Assembly: GCA_964016885.1 (NCBI GenBank)
Contig: OZ024741.1
Coordinates: forward strand, 173,104,001-173,168,000
Reading direction: 5' to 3'
DNA length: 64,000 nucleotides
Source: Eledone cirrhosa
Taxonomy: Eukaryota
The notes under the pieces: model-generated
Databases searched by the model: none
What the model saw: only the letters and a program-made list of their open reading frames with translations
Told to the model about the DNA's origin: nothing
Made by a program: the position numbers and the translations under genes
Shown: positions 11,900-24,049 of the stretch, piece after piece
How the letters are laid out: each line of letters begins with the position of its first letter
How positions within the stretch are numbered: position 1 is the first letter of the stretch

Positions 11900-12182
11900 G
11901 CGGTAAATGAATATATTCATATACACCAGGTCCAAACACAAAAGAACCAAGCTCCCACTGTCACTGCCTCCGTCTCTCCTGCTCTCTCCAACCCACACTA
12001 TTGTGAGTAAATGGGAGCCCACGCGCTGGCCGTCCCACAGCCCCGGCAGACAGAATAGAGACGGAGTTTGCCCAGAGGATGATGAGTGAGACGCGCTGGA
12101 AGAGCCATTTCAGCTCGCGACGCTCACACCTGCGGGTATCCAACTCTGTGCCGATGGTGATAAGTAGGGAGGTGAGGTGGAC
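11900..12182 (-). mobile_element. CRE-like non-LTR retrotransposon 3' fragment
   Basis: ..ELKWLFQRVSLIILWANSVSILS, homologous to 43815-44160. Confidence 0.7.
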
Positions 12183-12648
12183 TATATTCAATGACAGTGT
12201 TGTGATCATTTGAGAATTAAATGAAAGGCATAGGTGTGTATATGAACCCAAATAGGTGTTACAAAACATACAGAACGAAAGGTTGAATAATAAAATATAT
12301 AATTTGTGAATGTCCGTTTGTATTTAATCATTAATCAACATGCTACTGACAGATATAAATTCAAATTCATTGAAGTAAACCTGTGTGCAATTCAGGCAAT
12401 GGCCTTGTATCAGCGGGGTACCAGGGGACAAGTCCCCCCCCCCCCCACACACACACACACTCACACACACACTTTTTTCAAACGTCTATATTTTATTTTT
12501 TGTTTATTTGATATTATAGTCAGGATGAGGAGTCAAATATTACCTATATCTTTTTATAACTACAAGTTGAAATCTTCTAAGGATCTTGTTTTTTTTACAA
12601 ACGATATTAAGAGAAATGCCTTAGTCGATGAGTTGGTTGCTTCTTATT

Positions 12649-13678
12649 TGTAGTGACATGCTTCTGACTTCCAGGATATAAATAAATATCTCTTTAACGC
12701 TCAATCCTCTATAAATATATTTTTTATTGTCGAAAGGAATATAGTAGGAGTACACTTCCGTAGTCATCTCCTTGTCTCTCGTGTACTGTGGTTTTTACGA
12801 GAGAGTGACACTATATTCATACGTAATTTACCATTGGTCTGTTTAACCTTATTGCATATGAAAATGTTGCTATTGAGAGGTACGACGTAGTTCCACTACA
12901 TCACCCTCTCCTTAGACTGGAAAGCAGTCGATAAAAATGAGGAGAAAATGTCCGCAAAGGTAACATAAGTCATCCAAAGCAAATACAAAAATGAAGAAAA
13001 AAGAGAAAAAAAGAATAGAACTGTTTTACAAAATTTCTTGGGTCAATGAACATGACGACCACTACGAGTTGCCGTGGTGTATGTTGAAGGTAAAGGAGCG
13101 TTTGTATGTGATTGTGGTGTTTGCGGTAGTGTCTGTATTGACACATTGTAGGAGGGGGGAGTATAAAGCTTTGGTGTGAGAGCATCTGTGTAGGCCCGCT
13201 TTAGTCTGTCAATAGAGACTGTGTCTTTATGCCCATTAAAGTCAATGGTGAAATGTTTGTTTGTACGTGCAAGTACGCGATAGGGTCCAGAATAAGGTGG
13301 AGTGAGAGGACTTCTCACTGCGTCATATCTGACAAAAACATGGGTCCACGAGGCAATGTCCCTCGGAACCGAAGATTTAATGGCTTGTTGCCTAATGTCC
13401 ATAGGAGGCAGGACTTGAAAATACGAACGCAAACGAGTCACATAGAGTGTAGGATCCTGAGTAGAAAGGTCGACTGGGGCAAGAATCTGCCCTGGCAAAG
13501 ATAAAGTAGTGCCGTACAAAAGCTTGGCTGAAGAGAATCCAAGGTCGTCTTTAATTGAAGTGCGGATACCGAGTAGTGCTATGGGGACGTAGTCGATCCA
13601 ATGTAGAGTATCCGCACGCAATGCGGCCTTTAACTGGCGATGAAAACGCTCTACCATTCCATTAGATGCAGGATGGTA
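12649..13678 (-). mobile_element. Ty3/Gypsy 3' remnant: integrase C-terminal half, polypurine tract and 252 bp LTR (12649-12900)
   Basis: YHPASNGMVERFHRQLKAAL..PPYSGPYRV..VSIDRLK; polypurine tract AAGGAGAGGGTGA directly before TGTAGTG...CACTACA termini. Confidence 0.88.
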
Positions 13679-14007
13679 ACATACATACATACATAGACAC
13701 GCACACATACATACGTACACACATACATGCATACATACATACATACACACATACATAGACACACACATACGTACGTACATGCATACATACGTACATATAT
13801 ACATATATATGTAAGTATGTATGTATATATGTATGTTTGTATGTATATATGCATGTATGCATATATACATACAAACATACATATATACATACATACTTAA
13901 ATACATACACACATACATACACACATACATACACACACACACATACATACATACATGCATGCATATGTACATACATACATACACACATACATACATACAT
14001 ACATACA

Positions 14008-14040
<33 letters not shown>

Positions 14041-14207
14041 GCATACATGCATATATAATACATACATACATACATACATACATACATACATACATACATA
14101 CATACATACATACATACATACATACATACATACATACATACATACACACACATACATACATACATGCATACGTACATACATACATACATACATACACACA
14201 TACATAT
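13679..14207. repeat. (CATA)n-rich microsatellite
   Basis: Direct reading. Confidence 0.95.
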
Positions 14208-17200
14208 AAATATCTCTCTTGCTGAACGTATTAAAACGACAATGTTTAATTTAAAAAAAAAAAAATAATGAAATATTACGTGTTATTGACGAAATAGGGG
14301 ATGAATATTTACGACGGATAAAACCCCCAACATTTTGGCAAATCAACGCCTGTTTATATGCCCTAGCAACGACAGTGAAGCATTATCTTGGTGTTAGCAG
14401 AGATATTAACAAGAATAGAACACCACCAAAAATACCATCATAAATAACTAAAATAGAAAAAAAGATTGCTGACCTACGAAAAAACATAGGATATGTGACA
14501 ATGCTCCTTACATGCAAACAAACACAAAAAAAAATCACTCCTCGCCAACAAAGAGTGAAAAATAAAATAGAGACGATGTTTGGTAACAGTAGAACCAGAA
14601 CTCTCCAATATAAGCTTATCACCCTCAAACAAGAATTGAGAGCTGTTAGCGAAAAATGCCGATACCTGAAGAAGATAGATGAGAGAGAAAAGTGCTTAAT
14701 AAAAGATTCAGGCGAAACCAAACATCAGTCTATAGAGATATGAAGGGCAAAATAATAAGTGTCATTTATTATCCCAGAAAGACATAGATTCCTTTTGGAG
14801 CAAAATATGGGGTGAAAAGAAGAATTTCAACCAAGATGCAGTGTGGCTAAGAGAAATCCGAAAGAACTATTGCCCCTACACTACAACAAAACATACGAAA
14901 TAAGTGAGGGTACCCTTGAGACTGTGATAGGAAAACTCCAAGATAAGAAAACACCAGGAAGAAACATGATTGTCGGCTACTGGTACAAAAAACTGATATT
15001 CTATCGGAGGTATCTTACTGACCTCTACCAACAAGTTCTTAAGCGAGATACACTTATACTAGAATGGTTGACATTAACACAAACATTACTGGTCCCCAAG
15101 AACAAAGACACCCACTTGGCAAAAAACTACCGACCCATTGCATGCCAGAACCTGATGTATAGGATGTATATAGCCTGCCTGAACCTATTGCTCCAAGATA
15201 ACTGTGAAAATAATAACATCATCACAGATGAACAAGCAGCTGGAAAGAAAGGGGTTTGGGGATGTGCTGAACAACTCCTAATCAACAAAACTGCGATGTC
15301 GGAGGTGCGACAACTTAGGAGGAATATGGCTACAGTCTGGCTGGACTACAGGAAAGCTTTCTGTTCCCCACTCTTGGATGATAGAGGCCCTCCAACTTGC
15401 TAAAGTCCCAGACATTATATAGAGAGGCTGTCTTCTTGGGCTACTATCCTAAGGTTAAAGACAGAGAGGGAGGACTCTATTTGCACTGATAAAATAAAAT
15501 ATTGCAGGGGTATATTTCAGGGGGACAGTCTCTCTGTGATATTATTCATCTTGTCATTAAACCCCTTGTCCTTTCTGCTCAAGAAATGTGAGGGATACAT
15601 CATTGGCTCACAGGAGGACAGAAATACGAACCTAACCCATAATTTCTTTGTGGACGATCTGAAACTCGATGCCAAGAATATGGATGAGATGAAGAAAAAT
15701 TTTGACCTGGTTACAACGTTCTCAAAGGATATAGGAATGGAGTTTGGCCAAGATAAATGCTCAATAATGACTGTAAAGCGGGGAAAAACAACAACCCAAT
15801 CTAGCAACATTGTCATCAATGGCCTAACTGTTTCACCGATATCTGATGAGGACTGCTACAGATACCTGTAGATGAGAACATATCCTATAATGGTATCTGT
15901 AATAAAGAACGCGTAACCAGGCAATACTACACCGGATTAAGAAAGATCTAGTCATCGGAACTCTCTGCGCAAACAAAAACAGTGGCTCACAATGTGTTTG
16001 CTGTGCCTGTCCTAACACCAACGTTTGGAATACTCAATTGGATGAGAGACGAAATCCGAGCAGTTGATGTTGGAACTCGAAAAATACTGAACAACACCGG
16101 AAACCTCCACATTAACAGTGACATAGACCGCCTTTACTTGAAACGTAAGCAGGGAGGCAGAAGCCTAACATCAGTCCAGACAACATTTGAATGTCGCATC
16201 ATATCTCTCCGACAACATCTACGAACCTTGAAGCGTAGGAGCCCGTTTCTCGAGCAAGTCTATCTGCATGAAACAGATAAGATCATGAGAGCTGGGAAGG
16301 AACTTCTCGAGAGATATTCTCTGTGTGATAATCAAAAACTCACACCCAGGGAAGTCGCTCAGCAGTATCGCAGTGAATCCATGGATGAAAAACTGCATGC
16401 TTATCAGCAAAAAATCATGCATGGGTATGTTGCCAGGAAGCTCCAGAGTGAGAGTAATATAGATACGGAAAGTAGTCTGTCTTGGACCAACAACCGCTAT
16501 ATTGGCTCCCACTTTGAAGGATACGCTTTTGCAATCCAAGAACAGGAGATTAACACGAAATACCTGATTCACAAAAGAGATAGGGATGCAGGCAAAACAC
16601 CTAGATGTGATAGCAAGTGCAGACTCTTCAGAACTAACATCGAGGATATCACCCATGTCATCAGCAGCTGTCCAAAGATGTCATCGCGGTACTATCTACC
16701 TATGAGGCATGATGTAGTGGCCAAAAGACTGTACAATGCAGTTCGTAAAAAATATAGCTCAGATAATAAACGCATTAAAAGCTACAGCAATGTGGAAGAC
16801 ATACATGTACATAATATGAAAGAGTACTGGTGGAATGTTCCAGTAAAAACCCCAATAAGACGCAGGCATAACAGACCAGATATTATGATATGGGACAGGG
16901 AGAAGAAAGCATGCACAGTAGTGGAAATTAGCTGCCCAGCAGATGCCACTATAATATCAAAGATTAGCGAAAAGGAGAATATTTATGCAGAACTGATGAG
17001 AAATCTGCAGATACTCCACTCTGATTACACCTTCAGATCTATGCACAGTGTAACATATTTCTCGTTCCCCGATTCTAAGTGTAATTTCCTGGTTTGCTAT
17101 ATCCCATTAGTGTGAAAAGATACTATTATTTAAATAGAAGTTTGGGTTTCTGGTCAGAAGTTTGATATTTCATAATTTTCATATTTTTCAAGAAAAAACA

Positions 17201-17297
17201 TTTTTTTTTTTAATTTATCAGTTCATATAATTAAATCAACAGAGTATATATTTATTTTATTACACAAGCTTATCAAAAGCAAACAAGTAAAAACTAA

Positions 17298-18282
17298 TCT
17301 ATATATATAAAACTGTGGTTGTCTGTCTGTCTATCGATTTTTGGCACACATCTCCTCTTAGAATCTCTCACGGAATTGCACCGAAATTGCTATACTTGTA
17401 CATTGAGCCCTAGCGAAGACATCGGAAAAAAAATATTTCAAATTGACCCACCCTATGTGACGAAATCGAATATAATGTATCGATTTTTGAGCGTAAGTTA
17501 TCAGTTATTTCCCTTTGTTCTGTTTACATTGAGCGTCTTACGTAAAAAATTACGCTGGCTTTCTCAGCGTTTAAAATGACATTAACACAATACACGAACA
17601 GTTGTCGAGCCAGCAAAATATTGACCTGCAAAATTCATCAGTTCGAACACTAAGCTTCCGTTTTGCTTCATTTCCATTTAAAAGCATTTTAAAACAATAT
17701 TTTTACTTGAAAACAAGTCTATTTAAAGACTACGTAAAACAAGCAAATATTTCGTCGTTAGGCGTGCAGACAGACAGTCGTGCAGACAGACAGTCGTGCA
17801 GAGAGGTGATATACGCGTGCAGACAGACAGTCGTGCAGAGAGGTGATATAGGCGTGCAGACAGACAGTCGTGCAGAGAGGTGATATAGGCGTGCAGACAG
17901 ACAGTCGTGCAGAGAGGTGATATAGGCGTGCAGACAGACAGTCGTGCAGAGAGGTGATATAGGCGTGCAGACAGACATAACTGATAATTTGGTTACGCTA
18001 ATGTTTTTCTCTGCGTTGCAGTGTTTACATTTTCGATCTTTGTTAATAAATAACCAGTGCAGTTTCTATCCCCAGCATCCTCTTTTGTTATAACATTCGG
18101 GTTATCGTTATGTTTTCTTAACTTCATAAGGCATATTGTTGGTTGAGGGAATATTAATCAAAAACACCACATGCAAGTCTGCACAGTAGACACTACAGTT
18201 TTTAAGCCAAAAAAGAAACTTAACATTGTAACTTTAACACAGCTACTGAGCGACCCCGAGCAACGCCGGGCTTTACTGCTAG
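17298..18282 (+). mobile_element. Non-autonomous Helitron
   Basis: A|TCTATATATATAAAA start; 3' hairpin CCCGAGCAACGCCGGG then CTAG|T; inserted between A and T; internal minisatellite. Confidence 0.82.
17760..17977 (+). repeat. 37 bp minisatellite (about 5-6 copies) inside the Helitron
   Basis: Unit GGCGTGCAGACAGACAGTCGTGCAGAGAGGTGATATA. Confidence 0.92.
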
Positions 18283-20160
18283 TAACACTTATAAAGCAAC
18301 TTATACACGTCAGAAATGACTGGATTTCCTGGATTTGCGGTTGTAGTCCATGTCGCATTCCCGCACTAGCCCCCCAGATATAGTCCCCCATCATTTTTTC
18401 ATTGTAGTGGCCCTGGTACCTCCGCTCTATCTCTTTCACATCTTGGTGGAATCGTTCGCCTTGTTCTTCTGAGTAGGTGCCCATATTGTCCTTGAATTTT
18501 TCCAGGTGAGCGTCCAGCATATGGAGTTTAAGCGACATCCTGCATCCCATGGCACCATAAGCCTATATCAGATCCTGCACCAGTTGCTGGTAGTTTTCAG
18601 CTCTGTAGTTGTCCAGGAAGCCCCTAACAACTGCCTTGAAACAGTTCCATACTGTTCTCTCAATCCTATTGAGCTTATTGGAGAACGCGGTAGACTCTAA
18701 CACCTTCTTTATCTGAGGTCCAACAAAAATTCCACCTTTGATTTTGGCCTCAGATAACTTGGGGAAGAACTCAAGAAGGTACTTAAAAGCGGCTGATTCT
18801 TGGTTGAGAGCCTTCACAAACTGCTTCATCAACCCCAACTTAATGTGCAGTGCGGCAGGAGCATAACCCTGGGATCAACCAGTGGCTCCCACATGACGTT
18901 CTGGGTCCCAACTACAAATTCTGTTCGCTGCTCCCAGTTCTTTCTTTTGTAGTGGTCAGAGGTGGCTCTGATGTCCCAAAGGCAGAGGAAGCATTGGAAT
19001 TTGATAAAGCCTCCTTGGAGTCCAAGCAGGAAAGCTACCATCTTCAAGTCTCCAATGATTCCCCAATTGTACTGGTTGTATTGCAGAGAAGAGGACTTTC
19101 ACACTGTAGTAATCTTCCTTCAGGCAGACTGAATGAGCTAGGAGCAGTGTCGGGAACTTGTTTCCATTATGGAGGAGGACAGCCTTCAAACTTGTGATGG
19201 AGCTGTCTATAAATAGCCGCCATTCCTTGGGCACAAACGACACCCCAATAACGTCAAACAGTCCAGGCATGCCATGGCAGAAGCAGAGGCCATCCCTAAG
19301 AGTGTAAAAGTGTGAGAAAGGTTCGTGTCGACTTCTCTGACTTGTCACCTGCACTTCCTCCTTGACCAAGTTCCACTGCTTCATCCTGGAGACGAATGCT
19401 TAAAACACAACTTACCTTTTATTCAGAGTGCGAAAATCCAGTATCAATAAATCTCTTTAACCTACTTTTTAACAATTTTACACTTTATTGCACTTTTATA
19501 ATTTTATTTAGGTATTACTCTTTATTTTATAATTTTAATTTAACCTGAAACATATATTTTAAAAAATCATTTAACATAAGCAAATTAAACTTACATACAA
19601 CGTAAAATCCAGCATACAAATAATTCTAGTGAATAGCTTAGAATTTTTACAAACCCAAAGGTTTAACTGTTTAATAGCACTTTTTTTATTTATTTAGGAC
19701 CTAAGCAACACAAAAAAGTGATTACAAGCCAGGAACAGAGAAAAATATTTTTTTGTTACACGGTGTTATTGGGGCACTGGGGTATGTTAGTAACTGCCTC
19801 AATACAAATCTTGAGAAGCTAAGCTTCACAGGAACAGAAAGAACACAACTAGTTAGGAAATTACAAGTACAATCCATTTTAATGGAACAGTAAAAATATG
19901 TAAAACATTCCAAAAATGTTGCATCTAATAACTGCATATACACATGTACAGATGCAAAGCATATACACATGCACACATACAACTCAAAACATACACATCC
20001 ACACTTACAATAACATCCATATCTACACATGCATACATAATCTACCTAGTTGATGTGTAAGTTCCAATGAGAGAGTCTTGTGTCTATGTTAGAAACCGAC
20101 TCTCTCTCTATTGGTAAAACTTTGTGAAATTATAAAACCAGAAGAACATACATACATACA

Positions 20161-20191
<31 letters not shown>

Positions 20192-21234
20192 CATACATAC
20201 ATACATACATACATACATACATACATACATACATACATTACATATTCCTTTTTGCTTCTCACAATTGAGTCATTGGAGTGTGGCAAGGCTGAAGCCCATT
20301 TAATGGCTTTTAGTCCATAAATACTGTCTGCTAGCAGCTCCCATGGAGATGCAACGGAAGGAAGCTCCAACAGAGCGTTAAGTCAGATCGATATGTGGCC
20401 AACGACATTTTGAATAACTGACCCGTTATTGATTCTACATTAAACAGCAATGGACACATAAATTTATCGATCTTACTATTATAGCTGTCATTGTTCACTC
20501 TCCAATGTAACATATGTGTAGGCGTACATATGCAACATATATATATATATGTGTGTGTGTATATATGTGTGTGTATATATATGTATATAAGTGTATATGT
20601 ATGTAAGTATATATGTATATATGCATACTTGTATGTTTGTATGTAGATATATCTATTTATAAAGAGTTATGTTGATATATATGTGTATATGTGTGTCTAT
20701 GTATATAAGTTTATATGTATATATGTATGTATATATGTATATATGTTTGTATGTATGTAAGTATATATGTATGTAAGTATATTTGTATGTATGTATGTAT
20801 GTATATAGACATATCTATTTATAAAGAGTGACGTGAATATATATGGATGTAAATATGCGTGGTCTGGAATTGGTTAGTATCGCCATTTTCACACATTTTA
20901 TTTCACCACAATCGATAATCAGGAATCAGGAATCCAAAGCAGGTATTTATTTCTATAAAAAAAAATTGTTGTTATATCTTCAACAAAATTCTATTTTCTT
21001 CAATTGTCAAAAGAATAGCAAAAAAATATGACAGAAAAATCGAGACGTCTAATTAAACAATAGTTTGAATGAGTGAAAATTATTCAAGTACGTGAAAAAA
21101 TTCAGAAAGAATAGTTATTTGAAATCCTCTCGAATTAGAATATATAACTGGTCAAAGTAACAAGAATTATAACTCTTCTTAGATTTGCTTTCTATTTGCT
21201 TTTGGTTATTTATTTATTACTATCATTATTTGGG

Positions 21235-21668
21235 GAACTCAAGGGTGGTGAATTGGCAGTATCGATGGAGGGTCGACGCCATGCTTTGCAGCATAGAGTT
21301 ACGGCCCTTTATGATCTGAATTCAAATCCTGCCAAGGTTAACTTTGCCTTTCATCCTTGCGGGGTCGGTAAAATAAAGTACCAGTCACTTACTAGGGTCG
21401 ATTTAATCGACTTTCTCCTCCCTCCAAATTACTGGCTTTGTGCCTATATAAGAAACCATTATTTCGGGAACTCAAGGGCGGTGGATTGGCAGTATCAGTA
21501 GAGGGTCGGACGCCATTCTTTGACGCATAGAGTTATGGCCCTTTATGATCTGAGTTCAAATCCCGCCGAGGTTAACTTTGCCTTTCATCCTTACGGGGTC
21601 GATAAAATAAAGTAACAGTAATACACTGAGGCAATTGCTGGCCTTGTGCCAAAAGTAGAAACAATTAT
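21235..21668 (+). mobile_element. Two tandem tRNA-derived SINEs (main family in this window)
   Basis: A-box TGGCAGTATCG, B-box GTTCAAATCC, conserved core AACTTTGCCTTTCATCCTTACGGGGTCGATAAAATAAAGTACCAG, tail GGCCTTGTGCC..AGAAAC(ATT)n. Other copies at about 22480-22640(-), 34765-34980(-), 35605-35790(+), 36548-36890(-, two), 38255-38390(+), 44172-44402(+), 49228-49347(+), 49364-49550(-). Confidence 0.9.
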
Positions 21669-22900
21669 TTGGGGAACTCTGTTGCTTGTATTTTTTTTTT
21701 TTTATGGTTATTAATATTTTTACTCGATTTTTGTGTAAAATCCCCGCTGTTCCCTTCTATTGTATTGTCCCCTATATGTTGGCCCTTGTGGCCAATAAAT
21801 AAAACAATTCTTATTATTACTAGTAGAAAACCAACCCTTCGGGTGGTTTTCTGCTAGCATGTGTAATGTGCATATTGATATTATATGCAAGTATATATGC
21901 ATGTAGATATGATACATCAAATAAAATCGTAATTGACAATATACACAGAAATTGAACGGAGACTGCGTTACACTGTCTTCTGTAATCAGTAACGTAATTC
22001 ATGATACATTAAAAAAAAAGACGATATTATATATAAACTGCATTAGGAGAAAATTAGTTGACGTGCCTTTCGTTATAGTCAAGTAGATCATAACTTATGC
22101 AGAATTACATAGCAAGGCCGATGTGACTTCAGCTTCATATACCACCGTCTCCGCATTTCGGTGTTGGTTGCGTTGCTATGATTGGGATCATTGGCATCAA
22201 ACAACTCTATATTATACGTTTTGGCCGTCAATATATGATTTTACACTTTTGTCAATGTTCTAAGCGATTTTGACTGATTACCTATTGAAGATCTTCTTGT
22301 GTTTGTGGCTGATAGGGAAGCGTTTATCCTAATGTTAAAGCTAACATAGGTAAAACGTCCTTAGCCCTAATAGACAAACATGGAAGTGAGCCTATATCTG
22401 ACCTGTCCAACAGCTGAACATAACAGCTTAATCTCTCTCAAATCAAACATGAAAATCTTTTAAAAACAAAAGCTACTAATAATTGTTTCTACTTTAGGCA
22501 CAAGGCCAGCAAATACCCAGTTCATTACTGGTACTTTATTTTATCGACCCCGTAAGGATGAAAGGCAAAGTCAACCTCGGCGGGATTTGAACTCAGATCG
22601 TAAAGGGACGTAACTATGCTAGAAAGCATGGCGTCCGAATAATATAATAAAGAAAGGCTAGATAATATTTTTCTATTCGGTACTTATTTTTGTTATTTAA
22701 TTTAATTTAGCGATAATAAAATGAGTTCTATAAGAATGGGAATATATAGAAAACAGTAGCTATTCAGTCTATTCAGATAACCCAAATAAGGTGATTGATT
22801 TTCAGTAGAGTTTCTGCATATATTCAATAGAGTTTCATATAAATAAGCAACATTTTTATTATTTATTAATGCCTTTGCAATGACATGTAATCTATATATG

Positions 22901-22934
<34 letters not shown>

Positions 22935-23203
22935 TGTATGTATGTATGTATTTATGTATGTATGTAGGTAGGTAGGTAGGTAGGTAGGTAGGTAGGTAGG
23001 TAGGTAGGTATTGTGTGTATGTATATATGTATGTATGTATGTATATATGTATGTATGTATGTATGTGTGTGTGTGAATGTGTTGTCTGTATGTTTCCATC
23101 TTATATTCAGAAGCTACAAAACAAACATCCATAAGACCATATTTATTTATTACTACTTGACATCTCTGAGAGAAGGTTTGTTTAACAATTATTTTGATAT
23201 ATA

Positions 23204-23343
<140 letters not shown>

Positions 23344-23771
23344 GAAGAATTAGGAATTAGAAATAGAAGTTAGGACTATCCATCATCAGTTGTCTACTAG
23401 ACACCATAGGTATTTCTTCGCATTACAGACAATATACCTCCGCCTAGGGCGATACAATAACTAAAATAAGTTATTGGGATAAAAAGAGTTGGGTGGAGAA
23501 AGAGAAGGACATGTAAACAGACATGAATGGTGAGGCAACGTAAAGAGAGGAACAAATGAAAAAATCAAGTCAATAATTCATTTCGAACATAAGAACAGGC
23601 GAATTTTGACGAGGAGTACAAAGACACATCTTAATCGTACGGATGTGAGCGAGAAGAAAGACCGCGTACAGTGTGGAACGATGGAGGAAGTGAGAAAGAG
23701 GGTGAGTAGCAGAGAGTGAGTGAGTGAAAGTGCTAGCTTTCTAGTTGACTGACAGGCTAACTGAATGAATG

Positions 23772-23869
<98 letters not shown>

Positions 23870-24049
23870 GAGATTTCTTTATTTACCACAAGGGCACACA
23901 AGAAAAGGTGACAATACAAAGACACATGCCGGATATTTTACATACAGCCATGTAAAAATATTGGAACAAACAATTATAACAATCGAAATTCCCAATAGGG
24001 GGGAGGCTCCACAAATGGGTTGTTTAATACCCCGTCGATAGAACAACCC

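Larger units (their letters stand above)
17044..19765 (-). mobile_element. Chapaev3-like (CMC) DNA transposon with broken transposase
   Basis: TIRs CACAGTGTAACA / TGTTACACGGTG; fragments WRLFIDSS..LKAVLLHNGN, KMVAFLLGLQGG..CFLCLWD, GLMKQFVKAL, MSLKLHMLDAHL..SEEQGERFHQD at 18310-19384. Confidence 0.8.
14210..20146 (+). mobile_element. R4/Dong-like RLE non-LTR retrotransposon, degenerate, interrupted at 17044-19765
   Basis: NYRPIAC, WLDYRKAF, GIFQGDSLS, FFVDDLKL, CRL..HVISSC, RHD, RPDI, EISCP. The ORF resumes at 19766 (IGALGYVSNCLNTNLEKL...), and the 3' UTR ends in (CATA)n at 20147. Confidence 0.88.
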
